This document shows, piece by piece, positions 8,193 through 16,669 of a stretch of DNA of 31,390 nucleotides. The number at the start of each line of letters is the position of its first letter. Within the stretch, counting starts at the first letter, position 1. Source of the DNA: an uncultured Melioribacter sp. (GTDB lineage: Bacteria > Bacteroidota > Ignavibacteria > Ignavibacteriales > Melioribacteraceae); the NCBI GenBank assembly GCA_964387835.1, contig CAYLYR010000001.1, positions 1-31,390 of the forward strand, read 5' to 3'. Made by a program: the position numbers and the translations under genes. Under the pieces are notes generated by a model, which searched no databases, was not told the DNA's origin, and was given only the letters and a program-made list of their open reading frames with translations.

Positions 8193-11100
8193 ATGAATTT
8201 CACGCAAATTGCAGAATCACTCTCGGCAGGAATATCTTCTTTTAATGATGCGGCATTAAAGGAACTTGTTGAGAATATTAACGATCATCTCGCTTTGGTT
8301 AGCGGAGAGAATTATTCCACAGTTAATTTTGAAGAACCGGAAAAACTATTTACACTTCTCGTCGGGAACGGATTTTCTGAAAAATTTGCAGAATTGATTG
8401 AGCCTGATGATTTTTTTAATTTCGGCAATTTTTTGATTAACTCAAAAAATGATACGCCAACTTTAAAGAACGTTATTCATCTTTATTTAGATATTTTCAG
8501 ACGTTCGGAATTATTAGTCCGAATCTACAATGAAAGAAGATGGGATAAACTTATTGAAGCGTTAATTCGTAAAAGCAATTACCGAGTTAGGGAATTGTTT
8601 TATCAGCGTAGTAATTTTTATAAGAACAAAACGTTATTTAATATTCTTGAAGGTGAGAAAGTAACTCCCTATTCGTGGAAAGAAACGGAGAAGAATGTTG
8701 AGCGCTATGCTTCGGCGCTAAAATCATTGCTTTCTGAATTTTATGAAGATGTAAAAGTAGCGTTTCTTCTCGAGAACAGTCTTAAAATGGCTTGGCTTGA
8801 TTTGGCTTGCTTAACTAACGGAATCGTTAATATTATGATTCCCGGAAATGCGGTAGCCGAGCATATTGAGTTTATTCTTAATCAAGCGGAAGCTAAAGTG
8901 ATTTTTGTTGCCAATGAAAATCAATTGGCTAAAGTAAAATCGGTTAAGCATAATCTCCCGAACTTAAAATGGGTGGTTTTCCTTTCAGGCAGTTCTATTG
9001 AAGAAGATGTAATAACCTTTGAGGAGTTTTTATCATACGCGGAAAAATACGATGCCGAAAAAGATTATTACAAAACAAAGGAATATAATACTGATTCCCT
9101 CGCAACAATAATGTACACGTCCGGCACTACCGGTGAGCCGAAAGGAATTGAGTTTTCATATATGAACATTGTGTTTAAGCGGTTTGCGCGCGCGATGGCG
9201 ATTCCTCAAATAAACGATAAAGACAGATATTTAAGTTATCTTCCACTGTTCCATACATTCGGACGTTACTTGGAACTGATGGGAAGTGTTTTTTGGGGAG
9301 CGGAATATTCTTTCATGGAAAATCCTTCCGTGGAGACGATGATTGAAAACATGAATCTCATCAAGCCGACAATTTTTATTAGTATCCCTAAAAAGTGGAT
9401 TCAACTCTTCGAGCGAATTAACGAACTTGTTGATATTGCAGTTGACGACGAAGAAGAAATCAGAACGGCAATCGGGAAAGTTACCGGCGGAGAACTGAAA
9501 TTCGGCCTTTCCGCTGCCGGCTATTTGCCTCCCGATATTTTTATGTTTTTCCAGCAATACGGAGTAAATCTTATGAGCGGTTTCGGCATGACCGAAGCAA
9601 CCGGCGGAATTACGATGACCCCGATTGGAGAATATTATGAAAATTCTCTCGGTAAAGCGCTTCCGGGAATCGAACTGAAATTAGCCGATGACGGTGAGTT
9701 GTTAATCCGCGGAGCTTACGTAACAATCGGTTATTATAAAAATAAAGAAAACACTTTTGATGCCGACGGCTGGCTGCCTACAGGCGATATTATGAAGATG
9801 GACGAAAACGGTTTTATTGAAATAATCGACCGAAAAAAAGAAATATATAAAAACATCAAAGGTGAAACAATAGCTCCGCAAAAAATCGAAAACCTTTTCC
9901 GCGACTTCGATTTTGTTAAGCAGGTTTTTCTTGTAGGGGACCACAAACTTTTTAACACTGTTCTGATTTATCCCAACTATGATTCGGAATCGTTACTGAA
10001 AAAAAACTATTCCCAAGAGGAAATGAGAGATATTTTTTCTTCGGTAGTAGTAACTGTTAATAAGTTTTTAGCTCCTTTCGAAAGGATAATTGATTTCCGA
10101 ATTATCGAACGTCCTTTCACCGCAGAAGAAGGAGAGCTTACTCCCAAAGGAACGTATAAGCGACGCGTGATTGAAAAGAATTTTGATTCCGTAATAAACG
10201 AGATGTACGTTAAGCAATATATCGAGTTAAAAAGTAAAACTGTGAATGTTAGAGTTCCGAATTGGTTTTTACGGGAGAAAGGGAAATTAAGCGACGACAT
10301 CTATTTTGTCGATGATAAAATTAAAATTGCCGATGAAGAAATCGAGCTTCTTGTGAAGAGAGTCGGGGAGAAACAATTTCAAATCGGTGATTTTATTTAT
10401 GATATTACTTCGCATCGAATCGATTTGCAGCCTTTTCTAACAAACCCGATTTACTGGATTGGAAATAAAGCATTATTCGATTTTTGCGGCGAATCCATTT
10501 TTCAGTGGTTTCGCAACAGAGAACCTGAAAAAAATATTGCATTTAACAGAGTTGCCGAAAGAATTGAGATTAACTCAGCTGACGTGGAAACAATAAAAAA
10601 ACTTCACCTCGGAGGCGAGAAATCGCTTTACGGATTGAACCTCGCAGCGTTTCTGATTCAATCCGAAGATGAAAAAGAATCTCTCGGAGCTGCGAATTAT
10701 CTTAAGTTTTTAAGCTCCGATTCCACGCTGCCGATTTATAAAATTGTTGCCGATTTAATCAAACGACCGCAGTTGACCAAGCATAAATCGGTAAGACGTG
10801 AAATGCTGAAAACCGCTATTCATATTTGTAAAAACAGTCGTTTGGATTGGCTGCTTGAAAAATACTTTATGATAGATTACGATATACTCGATTCGGAAAT
10901 TTCACGCGCATTAATTGAAAGGAAGGCAAAAGATATTCTCGGAATTATTGAAAGACTGCTTAATAACATTCTTCATGATTTCTCCGGAACCGAGCTTAGG
11001 TTTACTCCGATTCCGGATTTGTTTGCTTTTCTAAATCAGTATGTTGAGCTTCATCCGACGAGTTACAGGACAATCAGAAGAATTTTAGTTCAGTATAAAC

Positions 11101-12944
11101 TTCAATCGGAAAATCCCGCTGTTTCCGAAGCGGCAAGCGAAACGAGAAATAAAATCAGACTTGGCTTCAGAAAGTGGCTCGGCACAAATCAGAAAGTTGC
11201 CGTTGATGTTGAGACCGGAGACGAATATACTTGGGAGGAGGTAGTTGTTTACGAGGAAAACATTGAGCCTGCCGATTTACAAAGGATAAATAAAGCTCTT
11301 GTTGAAACTCCCCTTATTCGTGAGGCTATTTTCTTCTTCTCACAAGGAACGGTTCTTCGTCTTGATGATATTCTGCCTTCGGGAATTTGGATTAGTTTTT
11401 ACAAGAAGTTTTCCACTCATACAACTTATCGCGTCTCAGTGCAAACGCGCTTTCACGGTTCGTATAATTTTACAATAAATTTGAATGAAACTCTTTCTCC
11501 CGAAAAAGTTACTTTGGAAAGCGATTGGCTTATTATTGCATGCTCGGCTGTTTCCGGACAGAAGCTGACTAACAAGTTCGGCGGTTATTGGGAAAAATAT
11601 GAACTTTGGACGGAAGAATACAATCCTCAGGAAAACATCGGGCATTACTTGGAAAGGATGTACAAACATCCCGACGAAAAAAAGAACGAGTTGGTTTATC
11701 ATATTTGGAGGTTTTTTGTTTGGAATGCTGCAACGGCTTCGTTAAACTTTATTAAATTGTCAAAGTATAAATTGCAGTTGGCAAATTACTCTCCCGATAA
11801 TTTTATTATTCCCAAGCATGATTACCAAGTAGGCACGAGGTTGGTTTCGATTGAAAATAGAGTCCCGTACAACTCGGCGCTTCATTTTCTCAGTGAATTT
11901 TATAACGGGTTTGTCGCGGATTCCGTAAATAAATATCCTTTCCTTAAAAGAGATTCGATATGGAACCAAATTTTTTCGGGTATAATTTCCGCACTTGGTG
12001 AAGAAGAAGGAGTCGAATATTTAAGCAAATTTAAAAATCAGCTCGGCGGCAGTGCGGATTTCCCCGATAGAGAAAATGCGCTGCAAAGGCTGGATTCATT
12101 CCTTACCGACATCTCGGAGGGAGTTTTCATCTCCAAAAGATTATTCTTTGCAATAAATAGATTTAGGCGTTGGCTTAACTTAAATGAAGACGCATCGATA
12201 GAAGCCCAAGCTTCGATGCTTAATGAACTTTACTCGACGTACAGTCTTAACGAGTTGGAGCGGCAATTACCGGAAACAAGAATTAAATTTTATTTTGAAA
12301 CGTGTTATCAAAATAGTTCCGATAAAGTTAAGGGAGAATTTAAAAAGATAATCAAAGAGTTTCATAATCGTAAAATAAAGAGGAAAGAACTTCTCGTTAT
12401 GCTTTCGGAAATTAAAGCCAAGTTCAATTTGTCGGAAAGAGAGGAATATTTTCTGACAAGGATTAGTTATTCGCATTTGCGTCCCGAGGATTCGGCTCAA
12501 ATAATGAAAATCGGAGCCGGAGGACACGAGAAGGAAAATCTTATTGTGGAATTTTTTGATTCGGACGGCAACCCGTTTGTTATTAGGCGTCCCGTTACTC
12601 CCAAAGAAATATCGCGCTTACACCGTATGTTTCTTGATGCAAATCTAATGGTGAATTTTAATTCGGAACATCAATTCCTTGTTGCCGTTTCATCACGCGG
12701 TTTTATTATCGGCGGACTTTTTTATACAACCGTTGATGATAAAAGAGTTCACATGGATAAAATTGTTGTTGCCGATCCTTTCCGCCGAAAGGGAATAAGC
12801 GATATTCTGATGAAGGAGTTTTTTAACAGAATGAAAAACGAACACTATGAATATGTAACTACCGGGTTTTTCCGTCCGGAGTATTTTTATAAGTTCGGTT
12901 TTAAGGTTGAACGGAAGTATTCGGGATTGGCTAAAAAGTTGTAG
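8193..12944 (+). CDS. 1583-aa multidomain protein: AMP-binding (long-chain acyl-CoA synthetase-like) domain, helical region, putative degenerate kinase fold, C-terminal GNAT acyltransferase
   Basis: SD AGGAG at 8184-8188. Adenylation motifs MYTSGTTGEPKG (9111-9146), YLPLFH, GFGMTE, TGD, IIDRKKE. GNAT motif A IVVADPFRRKGISDILM and motif B YFYKFGF at the C-terminus. One continuous frame. Confidence 0.85.
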   Translation: MNFTQIAESLSAGISSFNDAALKELVENINDHLALVSGENYSTVNFEEPEKLFTLLVGNGFSEKFAELIEPDDFFNFGNFLINSKNDTPTLKNVIHLYLDIFRRSELLVRIYNERRWDKLIEALIRKSNYRVRELFYQRSNFYKNKTLFNILEGEKVTPYSWKETEKNVERYASALKSLLSEFYEDVKVAFLLENSLKMAWLDLACLTNGIVNIMIPGNAVAEHIEFILNQAEAKVIFVANENQLAKVKSVKHNLPNLKWVVFLSGSSIEEDVITFEEFLSYAEKYDAEKDYYKTKEYNTDSLATIMYTSGTTGEPKGIEFSYMNIVFKRFARAMAIPQINDKDRYLSYLPLFHTFGRYLELMGSVFWGAEYSFMENPSVETMIENMNLIKPTIFISIPKKWIQLFERINELVDIAVDDEEEIRTAIGKVTGGELKFGLSAAGYLPPDIFMFFQQYGVNLMSGFGMTEATGGITMTPIGEYYENSLGKALPGIELKLADDGELLIRGAYVTIGYYKNKENTFDADGWLPTGDIMKMDENGFIEIIDRKKEIYKNIKGETIAPQKIENLFRDFDFVKQVFLVGDHKLFNTVLIYPNYDSESLLKKNYSQEEMRDIFSSVVVTVNKFLAPFERIIDFRIIERPFTAEEGELTPKGTYKRRVIEKNFDSVINEMYVKQYIELKSKTVNVRVPNWFLREKGKLSDDIYFVDDKIKIADEEIELLVKRVGEKQFQIGDFIYDITSHRIDLQPFLTNPIYWIGNKALFDFCGESIFQWFRNREPEKNIAFNRVAERIEINSADVETIKKLHLGGEKSLYGLNLAAFLIQSEDEKESLGAANYLKFLSSDSTLPIYKIVADLIKRPQLTKHKSVRREMLKTAIHICKNSRLDWLLEKYFMIDYDILDSEISRALIERKAKDILGIIERLLNNILHDFSGTELRFTPIPDLFAFLNQYVELHPTSYRTIRRILVQYKLQSENPAVSEAASETRNKIRLGFRKWLGTNQKVAVDVETGDEYTWEEVVVYEENIEPADLQRINKALVETPLIREAIFFFSQGTVLRLDDILPSGIWISFYKKFSTHTTYRVSVQTRFHGSYNFTINLNETLSPEKVTLESDWLIIACSAVSGQKLTNKFGGYWEKYELWTEEYNPQENIGHYLERMYKHPDEKKNELVYHIWRFFVWNAATASLNFIKLSKYKLQLANYSPDNFIIPKHDYQVGTRLVSIENRVPYNSALHFLSEFYNGFVADSVNKYPFLKRDSIWNQIFSGIISALGEEEGVEYLSKFKNQLGGSADFPDRENALQRLDSFLTDISEGVFISKRLFFAINRFRRWLNLNEDASIEAQASMLNELYSTYSLNELERQLPETRIKFYFETCYQNSSDKVKGEFKKIIKEFHNRKIKRKELLVMLSEIKAKFNLSEREEYFLTRISYSHLRPEDSAQIMKIGAGGHEKENLIVEFFDSDGNPFVIRRPVTPKEISRLHRMFLDANLMVNFNSEHQFLVAVSSRGFIIGGLFYTTVDDKRVHMDKIVVADPFRRKGISDILMKEFFNRMKNEHYEYVTTGFFRPEYFYKFGFKVERKYSGLAKKL

Positions 12945-12990
12945 AATGATTTTTTTACTTTGTCTATGATTGGGGAACTGTCGTAAAATT

Positions 12991-13140
12991 AACTTCAACT
13001 ACTTCGTAGTTGGCGGTTGTGTTGCAAATTCATGGTCCCCGAATTTCATTCGAGGCTATTTACATTCGACTGCTTTCGCAGTCGAGTTAATCCGAAGTCG
13101 GACGGATTCACAGTAATGCATTCTGAACTGCGAAGCAGTT
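12991..13140 (+). repeat. 150-bp direct repeat (left), containing three REP hairpins
   Basis: First 94 nt match 13711-13804 with 2 mismatches; then a variable ~30-nt stretch; then shared ATTCTGAACTGCGAAGCAGTT. Confidence 0.95.
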
Positions 13141-13210
13141 CTCGCAGAGTTCTGTGAACAATTCTTTTATTAGAATTATTATTATTTTTGTAATAAAAGG
13201 GGGAAATAGT

Positions 13211-13657
13211 ATGTCAAGTTACACACAAATACTTTACCAAATTATATTCTCTACAAAAAATAGAGAAAAAACGCTTATCGAAAAAAACAGAAATGAACTT
13301 TTCAATTATATCTGGGGTGTAATAAAAAACAAGAAATCTCACCTTTACCGGATAAATGGAGTGGAGGATCATATTCACATATTGACACATTTGCATCCGA
13401 CGATAGCTTTATCTGATTTTATTAAAGATATAAAAGTTTCAAGTTCGGTTATGATAAAAGAAAAAAATCTTTTCCCGAGATTTCACGGATGGCAGATTGG
13501 TTACGGAGCATTTACATATTCAATAGATTCAAAGAAAAAGTTAATTAAATATATTATGAATCAACCGGAACATCATAAAAAGGAAACATTTATTGAGGAG
13601 TTTAAGAGAATATTGGATGAGTTTCATGTAAAATATGACGATAAATATTTGTTATAA
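13211..13657 (+). CDS. tnpA: IS200/IS605-family Y1 (HUH) transposase, REP-associated tyrosine transposase-like (start placed at ATG 13211)
   Basis: IIFSTKNR, HUH motif EDHIHIL, WQIGYGAFTYS, catalytic-Tyr motif YIMNQPEHH; purine-rich SD-like AAAGGGGGA before 13211; no tnpB. Confidence 0.9.
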   Translation: MSSYTQILYQIIFSTKNREKTLIEKNRNELFNYIWGVIKNKKSHLYRINGVEDHIHILTHLHPTIALSDFIKDIKVSSSVMIKEKNLFPRFHGWQIGYGAFTYSIDSKKKLIKYIMNQPEHHKKETFIEEFKRILDEFHVKYDDKYLL

Positions 13658-13710
13658 AAAAGATTAAATTGCAGTTGAATTATTTGCATTGCTATGAAAT
13701 TCTGCATGCA

Positions 13711-13859
13711 AACTTCAACTACTTCGTAGTTGGCGGTTGTACTGCAAATTCATGGTCCCCGAATTTCATTCGAGGCTATTTACATTCGACTGCTTTCGCA
13801 GTCGGGGAAATTCGCAACTGAGCAGATTGCAGTAGTACATTCTGAACTGCGAAGCAGTT
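13711..13859 (+). repeat. 149-bp direct repeat (right), followed by a further REP at 13914-13932
   Basis: Copy of 12991-13140; extra TGAACTAC-GAA-GTAGTTCA at 13914-13932 and CTGTGGAC-GAA-GTCCATAG at 13873-13891. Confidence 0.95.
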
Positions 13860-14078
13860 AAATTTATAATAGCTGTGGACGAAGTCCATAGACTGGAGAT
13901 TAAAAAAATTAGGTGAACTACGAAGTAGTTCAATATCTAACCTATTTTCAGCGAAATTCATTAATAAAGAAATGAAGTTATTACAATAAAATGTTGAGAA
14001 AAATAATAGACAAGTTGGATATTCTTGAGTAATTCGGATTTAAGATTGAAAGGACGTTGTAGAACGATTTCCTTACAT

Positions 14079-14882
14079 CTAAATAGTTGATGCGATTTTA
14101 ACAATCGCAAAAATCAGATAAAGTGTAAAAACGGTTTTAACGGCTTTAACGGAGATTTTATAACCGAGCTTTGTTCCTAACCGTGCGCCCAATATTGCGC
14201 CTACTGCCATTGGAATAGAAGCAGTAAGGTTTATTAAACCCATTGCGGAATTATTACTTACCGCCGAAGTGTCAATTATCCAATAGCTGATTGAAGAAAC
14301 AAGGAGCGTTATGAAAACAGTGAATGTTGAGGTCCCTATTGCTTTCTTAAAAGGTAATGCGTAAAAGAAGGATAGAATCGGAACAATAAAAACGCCGCCT
14401 CCGATTCCGGCTGAAGAAGCAATTGCTCCTACCAAAGCGCCGAAGAAAAAGAGATATATTTCATTTAACTTTAATCCGGATGGCTCCACATTGTTTCTGT
14501 CAAGAACAAGTTTAATTATTGTAACCAAGAGAGAGAAAATTAATATGATTTTAGGATAAATCGGATTCAAGTTTACGACAAATCGCGGAACTAAAAAGCA
14601 AGTGATTACGCTTCCCGAAGCGAGAATAACAGCGCTTTTAAAATCCACATTTTTTAATTTCAGATGATTGTAAAAAGAACTCCCCGATGAGAAGAGCGCG
14701 GTAAAAAGAGAAGTTGCAATTGCAGTAAAAACCAATTTGTCATCGGGAACGCCAATAGCGGGCAACAGTAAATAGAGGAAAGGAATATAAATAACCCCTC
14801 CGCCTATTCCGATAAGTCCCGAACCGATACCGGCAGTAACTCCAACCAAAAGAAATATTATTGGGAAAATAATTCCGTGCAT
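14079..14882 (-). CDS. TSUP family (TauE/SafE-like) membrane transporter
   Basis: Two homologous halves with GLIGIGGGVIYIP and SAGIGGGVFIVP, AIATS/AIGTS motifs, about 8 hydrophobic segments. Confidence 0.88.
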   Translation of the reverse strand: MHGIIFPIIFLLVGVTAGIGSGLIGIGGGVIYIPFLYLLLPAIGVPDDKLVFTAIATSLFTALFSSGSSFYNHLKLKNVDFKSAVILASGSVITCFLVPRFVVNLNPIYPKIILIFSLLVTIIKLVLDRNNVEPSGLKLNEIYLFFFGALVGAIASSAGIGGGVFIVPILSFFYALPFKKAIGTSTFTVFITLLVSSISYWIIDTSAVSNNSAMGLINLTASIPMAVGAILGARLGTKLGYKISVKAVKTVFTLYLIFAIVKIASTI

Positions 14883-15142
14883 TTGCAGTAACTCTAATGA
14901 ATATAAAACAACTGTCTCAAGTTAAAGAGTCGAGTGTTAAAAGGCAAAAGAAGAAAAAGGAATTTATCTTTTTGCGTCATTTATTTATGTGAAAATACGA
15001 GACTAATCACGCATTTTTTCCCCGATCGAGAAAAATATTAATTATTTTAAAAATAAATTGGCTTTTATTAGCCAAATTGTATATTTTAGAAGTCCCCAAA
15101 TACATATCTGCTTAGTAAGTAATGGTTTACATCTGTAAACTG

Positions 15143-16135
15143 TTACTTACTTAAATTTTCATTCGATAACAACTTTTTCATCTCCCGGGAGAAATCCGCA
15201 TGAGGATATTTTTCCACAAATTTGTTTATTTTATTTACCGTTGCGTCGATAAAGATTTTCGCTTCGTCCGATTTTCTATTTCTCAATTTGTGGTTTAGCG
15301 CTTTTTGTAAATTTTTAATTTCGGATAAATAATTCATTGTGCTTCCGGAGAAATATGTTTCGGAAAATTTCTCCCAAATGTAATCCACGGCAGCATCGTT
15401 AGGATGAACTAAATCCTTTTCGTAAAAACGATAGTCTCGTAAATCGTCCATTAAGATTTCGTAAGAAGGAAAGTAGAAAAGGCTTTCACACTCTGCAACT
15501 AATTTTTCCACTGCAAGAAGAAGAGTTGCTTTACTCCTTTGATTTTCCACCGCGCCGTCTTTCCAGTGTCTGACGGGACTTACGGTAAGCAAAACTTTAA
15601 TGCCGGGATTTATCATTCGCAGTAACTTAATTCCTCGTGCCGCCGCTGCTGCGGTTTCTCTAATATCGAGCTTTCGGCGTGTAAATTCCGACGCCGGTAT
15701 TTTATGACAATTGGAAACAACTTCCTTTGTTTTGTTGTATTCGTAAACCCAAGCTGTGCCGAAAGTAATAACAAGAAGGTTTGCTTCGGACAAAAAATTA
15801 TACGCGGAATTTGCAGCCGAATTGATTCTCCGAATTATTTCATCCGCATCTTGTGATGAAAAAGAACTATGGTGATAAAGACTATGATATTCCCCTTTGT
15901 AAAAAATTAAGTCTTTTTCCGAAAAACGTTTTTTGTCGATGATAATTTTTATGGCGTTGGCAATCGAAACCGGATTGTAAAGTACGCCGAATGGATTTTG
16001 AAGAATATTGAATTTGTATCCATCAAATTTTCGAGCGATGTTATCTGCAAAACAAGAGCCGAAAGTTGCAACTCTACTTTTCGGAGTTATTTGCAGCCCG
16101 CTCTTTTCGGGAAATATTTCCGTCCTGAATTTCAC
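15143..16135 (-). CDS. GSCFA-domain protein (SGNH-hydrolase-like)
   Basis: FGSCFA motif near the N-terminus, NPFGVLYNP, ITFGTAWVY, TVSPVRH, YFPSYEI..DDLRDYRFY..DLVHP; GTG start overlaps the upstream stop. Confidence 0.9.
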   Translation of the reverse strand: MKFRTEIFPEKSGLQITPKSRVATFGSCFADNIARKFDGYKFNILQNPFGVLYNPVSIANAIKIIIDKKRFSEKDLIFYKGEYHSLYHHSSFSSQDADEIIRRINSAANSAYNFLSEANLLVITFGTAWVYEYNKTKEVVSNCHKIPASEFTRRKLDIRETAAAAARGIKLLRMINPGIKVLLTVSPVRHWKDGAVENQRSKATLLLAVEKLVAECESLFYFPSYEILMDDLRDYRFYEKDLVHPNDAAVDYIWEKFSETYFSGSTMNYLSEIKNLQKALNHKLRNRKSDEAKIFIDATVNKINKFVEKYPHADFSREMKKLLSNENLSK

Positions 16136-16668
16136 TGAATTATTTCAATATTAAGAGGGTAATGCATTTCCTTTTGCAGAGTTTTTTTGATTAACTTTAA
16201 CGTACTTTCCTCCGCAAGTCCGCAACCTGAACAAGCCCCGAGGTATTTCAGCCGGAGCGTATCATCGGAATAGCCTACAATGTTTATCGAGCCGCCGTCG
16301 CTTGTTAGAAAAGGAAGAACTTTACTCTTTATAATCTCGTCGGCTTTCTTAATGTGCGGAGGGAAGTCGGTTATTTCGTTTTCAATTTTGTTTAACGATT
16401 CAACATCAAAGTTCTGCATAATCTCAACAAGAGACTTTTGGACGCTTCCCCAGGTGGTATGTTCTTCTTTTTCCAATGTTAAAAATCTTTCGGAATACCA
16501 AACGCTTTTGATTCCATTGATGCTGAAAAGCTCCTTTGCCAGCGGATCGTTTTCGGCATCGCCGGGGTTATCATAACTGCGGACATTATTTTTAATTATT
16601 TTTTTATTCAAAACAAATTTTAGAGCGTGAGGACTTTGTGTAGTGATAACATCAACAACAACTATCAA
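16132..16668 (-). CDS. NifU/Nfu-family Fe-S scaffold (Nfu_N plus NifU-C); start probably TTG 16668 (ORF open to 16692)
   Basis: TTQSPHALKF (Nfu_N TPNP-like), LTSDGGSI, LGACSGC CxxC; GAAGGAG SD upstream of TTG 16668. Confidence 0.8.
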   Translation of the reverse strand: MIVVVDVITTQSPHALKFVLNKKIIKNNVRSYDNPGDAENDPLAKELFSINGIKSVWYSERFLTLEKEEHTTWGSVQKSLVEIMQNFDVESLNKIENEITDFPPHIKKADEIIKSKVLPFLTSDGGSINIVGYSDDTLRLKYLGACSGCGLAEESTLKLIKKTLQKEMHYPLNIEIIQ

Positions 16669-16669
16669 T

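Larger units (their letters stand above)
12991..13932 (+). mobile_element. RAYT-like locus: solo Y1 transposase flanked by REP clusters
   Basis: Transposase bracketed by seven copies of an (A/G)ACTRC-GAA(A)-GYAGT(T/C) hairpin and by 150-bp direct repeats exactly 720 bp apart. Confidence 0.75.

Noticed and set aside
7679-8245. Short ORFs 7679-7861, 7843-8052 and 7934-8245
   Set aside because: They lie across palindromic repeats, show no protein motifs or convincing SD, and one overlaps the start of the large gene out of frame.
13154-13210. 19-aa N-terminal extension of the transposase
   Set aside because: It starts at a non-ATG codon; an SD-like sequence precedes ATG 13211, where the family-typical N-terminus begins.
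12991-13932. CRISPR array
   Set aside because: The repeats occur in both orientations, with at most two in tandem per strand. They flank an HUH transposase and no cas gene is present, so REP clusters fit better.
13658-14078. tnpB or other IS605 cargo downstream of tnpA, and ORF 13776-13961(-)
   Set aside because: There is only repeat DNA and AT-rich spacer here; the short ORF simply runs across the REP hairpins.
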